Notes: a model not told the origin generated them from the sequence alone. 64,000 bases of DNA from Alphaproteobacteria bacterium (GCA_965221125.1 CBDCRW010000007.1:256001-320000); one strand, 5' to 3'. Positions 30,356-41,469 are shown, counted from the stretch's first letter. Made by a program: numbers and translations.

Positions 30356-31381
30356 TCTGCTTATCCGTGACACTCCGTCAGAAGGAGCGTATGTTCTCAG
30401 TATGTTCCTTAGGCGGAGGTCACGCATATGGCGTTCAAGGTGGCATCGCGCGTGCGCGGGATGAGCGACGAGGCCTTTCGCAAGGCCTTCGGCAGAGAGG
30501 AGCAGTGCCGCGCGGCGCTGGTCCGGCAGCGCTGGCCCGACGGCTTCGTCTGTCCCGCTTGCGGCCATCGCGGGCATTGTGAGCTGGCGGGCCGGGGGCT
30601 CTATCAGTGCAACCGCTGCAAGAGGCAGACCTCGCCCACGGCGGGCACCATCTTCCATTCGACCAAGCTGCCGCTGACACTGTGGTTCGCGGCCATCCAC
30701 CTGATCGTGACGGCGAAGAACGGCGTCTCGTCGGTGGAACTCGGCCGGCGGCTGGGGGTGAAGCAGCCGACGGCCTGGGCCATGAAGCACAAGATCATGG
30801 CGGTGATGGCCCGGCGCGAGGGCGAGACGCGGCTCTCGGGACGGGTGGAGATGGACGACGCCTATCTCGGCGGCAGGCGTTCCGGTGGCAAGCGGGGCCG
30901 GGGTGCAGCCGGCAAGACGCCCTTCGTCGCCGCAGTCTCGACCGGCCCCGAGGGGCGCCCGCGCAAGCTGAAGCTGTCGCCGGTCAGAGGCTTCCGCAAG
31001 CGCGAGATCGCGCGCGGCGCACCGCGCTGGCTGGCGCCCGGATCGGAGGTCGTGACAGACGGCCTCGGCTGCTGGAACGCGTTCGACGAGGGTGCTTACA
31101 GCCATCGGGCGATCCGCACCGGCGCAGGCCCCAAGGCGGCTCGCGTGACCGCGTTCAAATGGGTCAACACAACGCTGGGCAACATCAAGAGCGCGATCAC
31201 AGGGACCTACCGCAAGATCGGCCCCGACCATGCCGAGCGCTACCTCGCCAGCTTCGCCTGGCGCTACAACCGGCGCTATCAACTCCAGACCATGATCCCG
31301 CGATTCGTCCATAGCGCCGCACGAACCGACCCGATGCCCTATCAGATCCTCGTCGCAGGATGAGGATCAGGGATAAGCAGG
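30356..31381 (+). mobile_element. IS1595 family element
   Basis: TIR CTGCTTATCC / GGATAAGCAG; flanking direct repeat AAGTTGAA(T). Confidence 0.88.
30428..31363 (+). CDS. IS1595 transposase
   Basis: RWPDGFVCPAC Zn ribbon, AGTIFHSTKLPL, VEMDDAYLGG, VVTDG, WRYNRR. Confidence 0.92.
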   Translation: MAFKVASRVRGMSDEAFRKAFGREEQCRAALVRQRWPDGFVCPACGHRGHCELAGRGLYQCNRCKRQTSPTAGTIFHSTKLPLTLWFAAIHLIVTAKNGVSSVELGRRLGVKQPTAWAMKHKIMAVMARREGETRLSGRVEMDDAYLGGRRSGGKRGRGAAGKTPFVAAVSTGPEGRPRKLKLSPVRGFRKREIARGAPRWLAPGSEVVTDGLGCWNAFDEGAYSHRAIRTGAGPKAARVTAFKWVNTTLGNIKSAITGTYRKIGPDHAERYLASFAWRYNRRYQLQTMIPRFVHSAARTDPMPYQILVAG

Positions 31382-33379
31382 AAGTTGAATGCCCGCGTCA
31401 CGGCTCAGGTTCGTGGCGATGATCCTGACCAAGAACACCGCCGCTGTAGTGACTCCATGATCTCTCACGGCTCGCCGTTATCGCACCGTCCCGCCTCTCG
31501 AATCGTGCAGGCCGGGGCGCGCCTGGCAGCGTCCAGTCACGATAGACTTGTCAGGCGGCGAGCAGGCCGAGCGAAACCGATGGAGAGAGGCGCACCATTT
31601 CTCCGTCGACACTCCCACGGTAGAATTCGATGGGTGGTTGTCAGGGAAAGGACGAAGGGACATGCATTGTGCCCGGAACGCTCTGCTTGTTTTGACTCTG
31701 CTTGCTGCATCGTGGACCCTCACCACTCCGCTTGACGCGCGAGACCTGCAAGTTGTCGAGGCAGACCCTCCATCCGAAGTGGTACAGGAGGCCCAGGCCT
31801 TGCTGACGGCGCTGGGCTACGAGCCCGGTTCGACCGAAGACGGCTCCTGGAACGAACGCCTTTCGACAGCCTATCTCGCTTTCCTTCGCGACGTCGCTTT
31901 TCCGCCATCGAAGGTGCTTACGCCGCTGGGTCTACGCCGTCTTCGCGAGGTGGCTCAGTCTGAGGGCGTGGCAGGCGCCTGGGCATCCAATGAGACAGTA
32001 CCGACTCAAGATTCTGATCGACTGCACCGCGCGGTGATTGCAGGAGATATTGAGGGCGTACGCACACATCTTTCGGGTGGGGCACCAGTCGACGGTCGGG
32101 ACGGCCAGGGCTGGACGCCCCTGATGCACGCAGCAAACAAGGGCTACGTGCTCCTGGTCGAAATGCTGCTTCGATCCGGCGCGTCGCCGGACGTCAGGGC
32201 GGCGGACGGAGCGACGGCGCTGTTCATCGCGACCATCAACGCGCACCCCGAGGCGATCGCCCTGTTGATGCGGGCGGGAGCGTCGGTTTCGATCAGGGGC
32301 CCACGGGGCCTGACGGCGGTTGACGTGGCACGACTGGTCTACGGCGAGAAGAAGGAGCAACGTCCCGTCCCAGACGACGCGGAGGTGCACGCGCTTCTTG
32401 CGGGAATGACCTGGGCGGAGGCAATAAAGGAGACGGTGGCCGGACTAAGGGCCAAGCAGCAGGCCGACCCGCCGGAGTCCCGGCCGCAACAGGGAGCCGA
32501 GCGACAAGATGTGGAGCAGGAAGTTTCTTTGGCGGCCCCATCTACCGTGGATACGGAAGCGGTCGAGGCCGCATTGGCCTTGACGCACGAACAGCGCGTG
32601 TCAGTCCAGAAGGCCTTGTCCGACCTGGGGTTCGACGTTGGTTCGGCAGACGGCCTGTTCGGGCAACGCACACGCTCCGCAATCAGAGAATGGCAGTTGT
32701 CCAGGGGTGGCAACTCGACGGGTTATTTGCATTCTGATGAGGTCAAGATGCTGCTGGCGGAGGAGGAGGCAACTGCTCGCCTAGCAGAGGAGGCCGCCCG
32801 TAAACGCGCGGCGGAGGAGGCAGAGTGGAAGCGCTTGGCGGAGGAGGCTGCACGTAAACGGGAGACGATGCGTCCCGGTCGAGCATTCCGAGACTGCCCT
32901 GACTGTCCGGAGATGGTGGTCGTGCCAGCAGGCTCATTCATGATGGGCTCGCCGATGTCGGAACAGGATCGGATCAGCAACGAAGGCCCGCGGCACCGGG
33001 TGACGATCCCCGAGCCGTTCGCGGTGGGCAAGTACGAGGTGACGTTCTCGGAGTGGGATGCGTGTGTGGCGGCGGGAGGCTGCAACGGTCATCGGCCCGA
33101 CGATGCAGGCTGGGGCCGCGGGCAGCGCCCTGTGATCAACGTGAACTGGCAGGACGCAAAGGCCTTTGTTGCATGGCTATCTCGAAGAACGGGAGAGCGG
33201 TACCGCCTGCTATCGGAGGCGGAGTGGGAGTATGCGGCGCGGGCAGGGACGAGCACCCGCTACTGGTGGGGCAATGAAGTCGGCCGGGCGGCGAGGCGCA
33301 AGAACGTTAGGAAAACCGTACCAGTAGGTTCGTATTCGCCGAATCCATTCGGTTTACACGATGTTCACGGCAATGTCGC

Positions 33380-35469
33380 CAGGAACATTTTTTAGTCATG
33401 GCTGAGAGGGCGGGATGACCGAGAGCGGGCAGGCTTGGGCCGATGAAGGTCCTGGCCGAGCTTGGCTGGGCGGCTGCATGGGGTCCGCGGGGGCCGGTAG
33501 GGCTCGGTTTTCGGGCTCGCCGGGCAAAGCGATCCCGCCGCGCCGTTCGACGGCGCGTCCCGTCGCGCTCTGCGACGCGGTTACGCCCGCAGGATCATGC
33601 AGCGGGCGCGATCAGGATCGCGTCGAGAGCCTCCTGGGCGCGGGCGGCATAATGCCGGTTGGCCTCGGGCAGGAAGCGGAAGCGCCCGTCGCAGCGCACG
33701 ATGGCGATGGCCGCGTTGGTCAGGCAGGAGAGATTGCGCGGCAGGTGGCGCACGTACGCCCGGCAGCGGTCTTCGTCATAGGTGAAGTCGCGCACGTAGT
33801 GCAGCCGGTTCTCGATGTGCCAGTGATTGCGGACCAGAGCCAGAAGCTCCTCGGGCCCGGCGCGGTCTGCGCCGAGCGAGGTCAGGCTCCAGGTCACCTC
33901 GACGCTGCGCTCGCCGGTCTTGAGGATCTCGCGCTCGCGTTCGATGCGCATCGCCTGGCGGCGTCCGTGAAGGTTGGCGTAGCCGTCCCATTCGGCAGCG
34001 GAGAGGTCGACGACGGCGCAGCGGCGGCGCTCGATGCGGCCATGGCCCTTGTCGACGGTTTCGTGCCAGGGCGCGTCGGAGAAGTCGATCGCCTTGAGGT
34101 CTTCGAGGATGGTCTCCTGATTGTCCTTCACCGCGGTGACCACGTAGTCGGCGCGACGCCCGAGCAGGCAGCGCGCGGTCTCGTGCTGGGCGTGCATCGC
34201 ATCGAGGGTGACGGTCCGGCCTGCGAGGTCGAGACTGCTGGAGAGTTCGCGCACGGCGGGGATCTCGTTGCTCTTTCTATCGACCTCGACCTGTCCCAGG
34301 ACCATGCCGGTCTTGTGCACCAGCGCCGCGACCATCATGCGCCGCCCGTCTTCGGTCTGCTTCGAGGCGCCGCGCAGGTCCTTTCCGTCCATGGCGACCG
34401 GGGCGTGCGCGCCGTCGTGCTGGCCGGTCCACCGGCCGATGGCGTTGTCCAGCGTCTCCGGCGGCAGGGCGGCGAGGATGTTGTGGAAGGTGGTGATCGC
34501 GGGCGCGGTGTAGCGCTTCTTCGAAGGGCTCCAGAACGCGCCGACCGCCTCGAGCTGCTCCTGCGAGAGCAGGGCGGCGAACTGGGCGAAGGCTGTCGAG
34601 CCCCGGTAGCCGGCAAGGCGGGCGGCGACGGCAACCGCCAGCACGGTCTTCAAGGGATAGCGCTTGCCCCGGGCATGGCGGCACTCGGGCACCTCGCCCA
34701 GGCACTCGAACAGGCTGCGCAGCCGGGGCGCCGTCATCGGCTCGCTGTGTTGCTCGGCGTTCCAGTTCGCCGGGATCTCGGCCCGGCTCAGCGCTTCGGC
34801 GGCGCCATCGCTAAGTTCGAACACGAAGACCTCCTTGGGCTGGCCGTGGTGGCGCCAGCGCGGAGCAGCTCCGGGGTCACGGGCAAAGCCGCGCGTCATC
34901 CCCAGCGAGCGCCAGTTCGACGCGCGGTAGCAGGTGCCGGCGAAGCGCGCGGGATCGACGAAGGTCTCGGCCAGGAGCGCCGGGTATCCATGCACCGCCT
35001 GGGTGTCCGCAGACAGCCGCCGCAGGCTCAGCCCCAGAACCCGCGAGGCCAGGTTGGGAACCCGCTCAGGCGTCAGGATCACGAAGCGCGAGTTGTTCGC
35101 GATCAGATGCAGGCGCCGGAACTGCTGCTCCGCCGACCAGCCGATCCAGCGGTCGCGCGCGGCCAGCTTGAACGCGCCCGGCTGCCAGCCGATCAGGGCG
35201 AGCCAGGTCTCGCCATGCACCGCGACATGGCGCAGCCCCTTGCCGACGACGCCGTGGAATCGCAGGTAGTGGTGCTCCTCCACCAGCCGGTCCCAGCGCC
35301 GGTGCTCCCGCGCGCCCCAGGTCGGGCGCACCGTGACCGCACGCAGATCAATGGACGAATCCAGGCCCGGCAACGTCGCCATGGCCGCTACACTGCCACA
35401 GCGAAAACGAAATGACCAGCGCCGCGATCACCTCACGCCGCTCGCCGGGCGGACAAAAAACGAGCCCTG
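33380..35469 (-). mobile_element. ISAs1 family element
   Basis: Ends CAGGAACATTTTTTAGTC / GACAAAAAACGAGCCCTG; 10-bp TSD GCAATGTCGC. Confidence 0.9.
33595..35382 (-). CDS. ISAs1 transposase with N-terminal DUF4338 domain
   Basis: HHYL...RDRWIGW...NNSRF...NLASRVL...ETFVDP..GTCYRASNW; then DGKDLRG, KSNEI, DAMHAQ, HWHIENRLHYVRD. Confidence 0.88.
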   Translation of the reverse strand: MATLPGLDSSIDLRAVTVRPTWGAREHRRWDRLVEEHHYLRFHGVVGKGLRHVAVHGETWLALIGWQPGAFKLAARDRWIGWSAEQQFRRLHLIANNSRFVILTPERVPNLASRVLGLSLRRLSADTQAVHGYPALLAETFVDPARFAGTCYRASNWRSLGMTRGFARDPGAAPRWRHHGQPKEVFVFELSDGAAEALSRAEIPANWNAEQHSEPMTAPRLRSLFECLGEVPECRHARGKRYPLKTVLAVAVAARLAGYRGSTAFAQFAALLSQEQLEAVGAFWSPSKKRYTAPAITTFHNILAALPPETLDNAIGRWTGQHDGAHAPVAMDGKDLRGASKQTEDGRRMMVAALVHKTGMVLGQVEVDRKSNEIPAVRELSSSLDLAGRTVTLDAMHAQHETARCLLGRRADYVVTAVKDNQETILEDLKAIDFSDAPWHETVDKGHGRIERRRCAVVDLSAAEWDGYANLHGRRQAMRIEREREILKTGERSVEVTWSLTSLGADRAGPEELLALVRNHWHIENRLHYVRDFTYDEDRCRAYVRHLPRNLSCLTNAAIAIVRCDGRFRFLPEANRHYAARAQEALDAILIAPAA

Positions 35470-35972
35470 GCAATGTCGCAGAGTGGGTAGAGGACTGCTA
35501 CAACGACAGTTATGCAGGAGCACCGTCAGATGGGAGTGCCTGGAATACTGGAGACTGCCGCAAGCGGGTAGTGCGTAATGATGGTGGAGTTTACGGTCCC
35601 AGATACATGCGCTCTGCGCGCCGCGCTGAACCCCACTCAAACTTAATGACTTCCGGCATGTCTGATCTCGGATTCCGAGTTGCCCGGACACTCGCTCCAT
35701 GAGTCCTTACCTCTTTCCGGGTGTGGCGGCGGAGCCCCTGGTCTACTTTACGTGCTTTGTTTGCAAGCGAAACGACAAGAGTTCCTACTATAAGCCGCAA
35801 TATAGGCGGTCCTGGCTCAGATTTTTTTTCGTTATGACTTCCAGCTTGCACAGCATCGAGTTCCGGTATGATCCGGACACTTGAGGCCGTATTGGGGGGG
35901 TGAGGGAATTGAAACAATAGAAGTACTCCTATAGTTTCCCGATCAAGAAGGTCAGAGTTCGAAATATCAAGG

Positions 35973-37628
35973 TTAATTTCTCACTGTCTCCCCTCGATTA
36001 GCAATACAAAATTCCTCGAACCTGCCCGACGGAATACTCGGATCGTAGGTCGATGATACCCTTCGCGGTGCCCGCTGGCGGCAAGCCAATCCGGGACTGC
36101 AGGTATGGCCGCGTTCGAAGGTCACGCCGGGACTGCTCTTGCATTGTGCCGAAAATTCAGTGCACTCGCTCGGGTCGTCTAGCGTATACTCCACGCAGAT
36201 TGAGCCTTGCCTGCACGTTATCCTGCATCGGTCATCATCGGGTTCCATCGATTCACGGGTGTTCGCCTCCATCCGAACCTCAGCAGCTTCAGGTTGATCC
36301 CTTGGTGGTTGTTCGGCCGTTTCCTCTATACGCTTGGCCCAACAGCGCTCGTCGTTATCGGGATTTACGCTTCCAACAAACTCTATCGAGTGCTTACCAG
36401 ACGGTTCGTAACCCCAACGGATATCGCGACGCATTGTGCGCCCCGGCCAAACGCCTCCCCAGAGATACTCATAATGCTTCACATTCGGATTGTTAAGCTC
36501 AACAAAGGCTTTCGCGGAAATCCGATGATCGCACACATTCTTGTACATGAGCTGAAGGTAGCGAGAGCCGTCGTTGGACTTTCCTTCAACGCAATGCTTC
36601 CCGGCAACCCAACATCCCTCACTGTCTGGATCAAGTACATTTTCGTTAGCCGGCTCAATCTCGTAATCCGTTCGCACGCCGGTCTCCCGCGCCGGACTAT
36701 CCGCAGTTTCCCGCTCTTGCGCGGGCGGTACTGCGGCGGCCTGCTCGCGGAGTTCGGCTTCGTATTCGGCTCTGCGTCGGTCAAGGGCTTCGATCCTGGC
36801 CTCGTAGTCGCCGCTCTCGGATTCCCAGCCCCGGTCCTTGACGCCGGACGATGTCGCCAAGATTTCGTCGAGCCCCTTCAGGGTCTTGTCGTAGCGCTGA
36901 TGGGCCTCGGACGCTTCGGTCTTTTGGCTGATTGCACCGAGCGCTTCCGCCTCTTCCCGCGTGAGATAGCCCGATGCCTCCAGTCCCTTCGCAGACTGCC
37001 AGTCCCATATGGCCGCCCGCGTCTTGGGGCCAAACAAGCCGTCAGCGGGGCCGGGGTCGAAGCCGAGCGCGACAAGACCCCGTTGCACCTGTGAGCGCTG
37101 CTCACGGGAAAGCGACTCTTCGCGTGCTCCCACGGCTTTCTTCTGTGCTTCCGCTCGCTGGTTGTCGGCGTCTGATTCAATAGCCGCGTGAACACGCTCG
37201 CTACCAGACCATCTGCTCGCTTTCCCACCGGAACTGGCGCACTGCGACCCCACTACGGTGCATCCCGATCCCCCATTGGCCTCGCAAAGTTGCAGGGCAC
37301 GCGCCTCGGCCTGAGCTTGCGTCATCGCGCTCCTTGCTTGGCCGCGGCCGTACTGATCCAGTACAAGAGCACCGCAACCGTTCTGAAACCAAACGCGCTT
37401 TACGCAGTTCGTGCCACCGTCGGCGCGGCAGGCGTTCAGCGCAGCGGCGATTGCTTCATCCTTGGCGATGTAGTTCCAAGCGAAGCCGTATGCGACGAAC
37501 TCTCCGTAGGCGTCCAGGCCGACGGCGATAGAGCCATGAGTGGTATCCTGTGCGCGGGCCGGATCAACCTCCACCAGCGCGGGTAGCACGATTCCGCAGG
37601 CTGCCAAACATGCGACAATCGCCTTCAT
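35973..37628 (-). CDS. Secreted DUF4189 + PG-binding protein with unique Cys-rich C-terminus
   Basis: Signal peptide, YGFAWNY...C...WFQNGCGAL, GFDPGPADGLFGPKTRAAI. Confidence 0.75.
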   Translation of the reverse strand: MKAIVACLAACGIVLPALVEVDPARAQDTTHGSIAVGLDAYGEFVAYGFAWNYIAKDEAIAAALNACRADGGTNCVKRVWFQNGCGALVLDQYGRGQARSAMTQAQAEARALQLCEANGGSGCTVVGSQCASSGGKASRWSGSERVHAAIESDADNQRAEAQKKAVGAREESLSREQRSQVQRGLVALGFDPGPADGLFGPKTRAAIWDWQSAKGLEASGYLTREEAEALGAISQKTEASEAHQRYDKTLKGLDEILATSSGVKDRGWESESGDYEARIEALDRRRAEYEAELREQAAAVPPAQERETADSPARETGVRTDYEIEPANENVLDPDSEGCWVAGKHCVEGKSNDGSRYLQLMYKNVCDHRISAKAFVELNNPNVKHYEYLWGGVWPGRTMRRDIRWGYEPSGKHSIEFVGSVNPDNDERCWAKRIEETAEQPPRDQPEAAEVRMEANTRESMEPDDDRCRITCRQGSICVEYTLDDPSECTEFSAQCKSSPGVTFERGHTCSPGLACRQRAPRRVSSTYDPSIPSGRFEEFCIANRGETVRN

Positions 37629-37734
37629 AGTTCACCCTCCCCCTATTGCAACGGCACGCCTATAGCAGCTTATGCAAGGTGACAGTCAACGCAACGCAAC
37701 AGCAAGCGCTCCAGGCTGGCCGGTACGGGCCGTG

Positions 37735-38208
37735 GTGCTGTCGGGAGAGAGGCGCTGATCGGCGTGAAGGATTGCGAGACGAAGCAGGTTGCGCTGGCCC
37801 ATGTCGGCAACACCGAAGCGATCACCTTGGGAAACTTCGTCGCGCTGCACGCCAAGTTCGGCGCGAGGGTCTATACCGACGAGAGCGCGACCTTGCAACA
37901 TCCTCAATCCGTGGTACGACCACGAGAGCGTCAACCACAGCGTGAAGGAATACGTTCGCGGGATGGCTCATAGCAACGGCGTGAAGAGCTTCTGGGCGAT
38001 GATGAATCGCGGAATCGTCGGCACCTACCACAAGCTGTCGCCGAAGCACCTGCATCGGTACGCAGCGGAGTTCGCTGGCCGGCACAACCTGCGGGAGAAA
38101 GACACGTTGGCGCAGATGGGCGAACTGGCGGCGGGGATGGTCGGGAAGCGGCTAACTTACGCCGACCTGATCGCCGATAACGGGCTGCCGAGCGCAGCGA
38201 GGTCATGA
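37735..38208 (+). pseudogene. IS1595 (ISXO2-like) transposase fragment
   Basis: VYTDE then frameshift to HESVNHSVKEYVRG..HSNGVKSFW...HLHRYAAEF. Confidence 0.8.
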
Positions 38209-38664
38209 CTGGAGAAGAGCTGACTTTGACCCCGGAAGAGGTCAACTATAGTCTTGGCCCGCGCTACGTTGTCGGGCTAAGGATTGCGTGAGTTGGTGAA
38301 GATGATTCACGTGATCAATCGCACCCTGAACACGATCATCACCGACAAATGGACGAAGCACCTCAAGAACACGATCCCGCAGTTCTGTAGCAGTCCCGCC
38401 TTCGCACATCATCCCAACTAGCAGAATCTCGATTCCGGCAACGCGCGCGATTATCTGGTTGAAGGCGTCAACAACGCCTCCTAGATTCCCAGATCGTTGA
38501 TCTCAACGTCCGTCATCACTCTCCCCCTCCACAAAGCGAAGCCTCCGCCCGTAGGGCAGCACAGGAGGCGTGAGGCGCTCCACTCAATCCGCCGAAGCCA
38601 TCTCCGACGGTTCATGTGGAGATGCGCCCGCAACAGGAATTCGAGCGTCGTTGCGGATATTCTG

Positions 38665-39027
38665 TCAAGCGCCATATTCCACAGCACGCAGGGGAGGAAG
38701 TTGTGTTTCGAATTGCAACGTGATCTTTTGTATTTCTGATTCAGAATGCTCCGCCTCTCCGCCAAGCGTGACTATTATGAGATCAAAGAACCCACCGCTC
38801 CTGGTAGATTCCTCCACTACGAAGTTCAACTCCAGTTCCAATCCCTTTGCATAGAAGAGTGCAGGACGCTCCTGGTCGTTTAGTCGGTTCTCGGCTTCGG
38901 CGAGTTCGGCACGGACCTGTGCAATTAAATCTGCAACGCGCAGCTTGGGCTCATCTTGCGCGCTGGCAGGCAGCGCGACGACACTGAACGCCTTGGCCAG
39001 TGCGATAGCAGCGATGAGTTTCTTCAT
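38665..39027 (-). CDS. Signal-peptide-bearing Trypco2-like domain protein
   Basis: LIAQVRAEL...LELELNFVVE...GG...IVTLGG...QKITLQF. Confidence 0.6.
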   Translation of the reverse strand: MKKLIAAIALAKAFSVVALPASAQDEPKLRVADLIAQVRAELAEAENRLNDQERPALFYAKGLELELNFVVEESTRSGGFFDLIIVTLGGEAEHSESEIQKITLQFETQLPPLRAVEYGA

Positions 39028-39132
39028 GGTCATTCCTCCCTGGTAGCGCTCCGCAGCTTTGCGAGCCGACTTGATCCCTTTGTCCTTCATTCCAGTCGCC
39101 CCTCGTGGTTGGATTGACCGCCATGCCTTGCT

Positions 39133-39378
39133 TCAGCGAATGCCGAGGAAAATCCCGTGAGTCTCAAGCATGTCGGGAGTCGGACTTAACCCGCGATCGC
39201 GGTGCGATTTCCCTCCCCTAGGCGATTTCCGTGTTGCCTTGTCGTACCTGTCCCATTTCGCGTTGTGTCTTTCCAAGATATTAATGGCATTACAAACGAT
39301 ATTTTTGCACGCGCTCGCCGGTGTTGGCGCGATCAGCATCAGTCCGCAAACCGCGAGCGCTGCGATCACCGTCTTCAT
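39133..39378 (-). CDS. Small secreted protein
   Basis: MKTVIAALAVCGLMLIAPTPASA signal peptide. Confidence 0.5.
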   Translation of the reverse strand: MKTVIAALAVCGLMLIAPTPASACKNIVCNAINILERHNAKWDRYDKATRKSPRGGKSHRDRGLSPTPDMLETHGIFLGIR

Positions 39379-39414
39379 GGCCTTGCCCCCTGGGCGGGCG
39401 CGGTTCGGCTGTAC

Positions 39415-39985
39415 TCGTCGAACCAGCGGGTGCTGCACCCGGTGCGGCAGGTTCCCGCCCGAGCCTGGCCTCAAGCTGTGCGGGCCCTGCGGCGAGAAGC
39501 GGCGCGCCGCCGAGAAGGCACGCCGCGCCCGGGCCAGGCAGCAAAACCTGCCCTACGCCGGCCGCGATCCCGAAACGACGCGCCGCGCCGACCGTGCCAG
39601 GGACAGGCAGCGGCGACGGGAACGCAGGGATGCGGGCCTCTGCACGACCTGCGGACGCCGCCGGCCCGCCGATGGCCGTTCTGTCTGCGAGCCGTGCCGC
39701 GAGGAGCAGCGCGCGATCGAGCGCCAGCGATACGCTGCCCGTTGTGCTGCCGGCCGATGTGTGCGGTGCAGGCAACCGGCATTCCGCGGGTCGTCCCGCT
39801 GCGGCCGGTGCGCCGTGCTCGAAGCGGAGCGCACGTCGCCCGAGCGCAGGAAGGCGGTCAACAGGAAGCGATACGCCAGACGCAGGGTGCAAGGGATATG
39901 CGTGGATTGCTCGAGTCCCGCTGCCGGCTCTGCGCGTTGTCCGGACTGCGCCCGGCGCTCCAATTCGCGCGCCCCCGAACCTCAC
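39415..39985 (+). pseudogene. Arg-rich protein with four CxxC...CxxC Zn-finger repeats (ends uncertain)
   Basis: CTRC..CGPC, CTTC..CEPC, CVRC..CGRC, CVDC..CPDC separated by Arg-rich helices. Confidence 0.6.
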
Positions 39986-40323
39986 CGCCTGCACTCACGC
40001 CTTCCGCATCATTGTCGAGCACGAAGAGAATTTGGTTGTGGATGTCAATCTTGGCGAGCCCCTGCGCGAATCGCACGAGGCTGGCGAGCAGCTCGCCGAG
40101 CCGAGCTGGTGAACGATTGGAGCGAGAGTGTCCGATGCACGCACGCTACGGCCTGCGGCGAAGATGCCGCCGAGCGGCTTGGGACCCCACCCATGCACTG
40201 TTACGAAAATTGCTGGTCGCGGGTCACCATCAGGTAGATCATGCAAGTTCTTGGGCCGTGGAGACAACTACAACACTCGTTGGCCATCCGGGCCGGGCGG
40301 CCGCGGGAATTGGGAGCACTCCG

Positions 40324-40713
40324 ATGAAATACACGACTATCTCGGTTTCTGTCATAGCGGTTCTATTGTCTGCACTCGCTTTGGGATATTCCATCCATTC
40401 GAGTGAGAGAGCACGAGAGTGTGAATTTCGATACAGGACTTACGACAGGCTAAGTGAGCTTTCTCGTTACACGCAGAGAGAGGAAGCACGCCAGATGCAA
40501 TGTAGGCCGTTTTTCGAGAGGCAGAATAGCGATCAAGTCGACAGTATTTCAGAAGAAGTAAAAGAGATTTGTGCCGATTTAATAGTCAGAACTGAAGCAG
40601 ATATTACCAAGTCAAAGTGGGAATTGGAACTGTACAGAGTCAGCTTTGAACCAACCAAACTATCCGAAGTCATGACGTTATCCGACGAAGCTACCAACGA
40701 ATACAAGAAATGA
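40324..40713 (+). CDS. Hypothetical protein with N-terminal TM/signal (low GC)
   Basis: GGGAG RBS; MKYTTISVSVIAVLLSALALGY. Confidence 0.6.
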   Translation: MKYTTISVSVIAVLLSALALGYSIHSSERARECEFRYRTYDRLSELSRYTQREEARQMQCRPFFERQNSDQVDSISEEVKEICADLIVRTEADITKSKWELELYRVSFEPTKLSEVMTLSDEATNEYKK

Positions 40714-41184
40714 ACAAGGGGTCAAGAGGTAGATATCTGGAACCTCGGGAACTGGATCAAACAGTTTGTTTCCGTCTTGCAATCCGTCGCGACGTTTAGG
40801 GGAAAGATGATCCTTCTCGTCAAAAGCGCCATGGAAACTACCGCGGAGAGCATTCGAAGTCGATGTCGTTAGCTCAGAAGAATGCCCGAGACCGAGCTCA
40901 ACTGTTTTGTAAGGTGCTCGAGCATTTGTATTGGTTCAGTTGGCAAAATGCAGGCATCGTCTTGCTATCGCTGTCTCAAGGCAGGCCGAGGTGATGGCAG
41001 GTCGCCGAGCTTCATGAAACAGCAGCAGGAAGAGAGATTCAAGGGGATTCTGGCGGTCTGAACTTCAACCGGAATACACCTTAACCGAGCCGCCAGCCTG
41101 TCCGAAAAAGCGGCGCCAGCTCACCGCCTGTGCCCGGCAACATCGAAGCCAGCAACAGTCGCACCGTTGGGGCGAGATTACGGG

Positions 41185-41424
41185 CTATAGCAGCTTGATC
41201 AACGCGACCACGATGCCGGCTTGTGCAATCGCGAGGGCGACCATGCGCCAAGTCATACGTGCCTCAAGTGCAGCGATTTCGGCTCGCAGGTCTGCCTTGG
41301 TTGCCAAGCCCTCAATGACGGCATCGCGGACGGTATCCGTGATGGCCTCGGCTTCGGTCTGACCGATCCCCGCCTCGGTAAGCGCCTTGACGGCCGCGTG
41401 AGTGTCGAATGTGGCGCTCGGCAT
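41185..41424 (-). CDS. DUF1640/CCDC90-like small coiled-coil TM protein
   Basis: FDTHAAVKAL..AG....AEAI...LATKADL...C-terminal TM. Confidence 0.75.
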   Translation of the reverse strand: MPSATFDTHAAVKALTEAGIGQTEAEAITDTVRDAVIEGLATKADLRAEIAALEARMTWRMVALAIAQAGIVVALIKLL

Positions 41425-41469
41425 GGCGGCACGATAGCCCGAATATCTCTAAAGCACCACAGGAGCTCT

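Larger units (their letters stand above)
31662..35702 (+). pseudogene. Secreted PG-binding + ankyrin + FGE-sulfatase (SUMF1) protein split by ISAs1
   Basis: Signal peptide, [17 protein letters not shown] ankyrins, [21 protein letters not shown]...HDVHGNVA|EWVEDC...GFRVART rejoins across the TSD. Confidence 0.85.

Noticed and set aside
34750-35382. Druantia defence system
   Set aside because: DUF4338 is fused to an IS transposase; no DruE helicase or other dru genes.
39202-40713. 503-aa ORF
   Set aside because: Only the low-GC part from ATG 40324 looks coding; the upstream part is a shadow of the Zn-finger frame.
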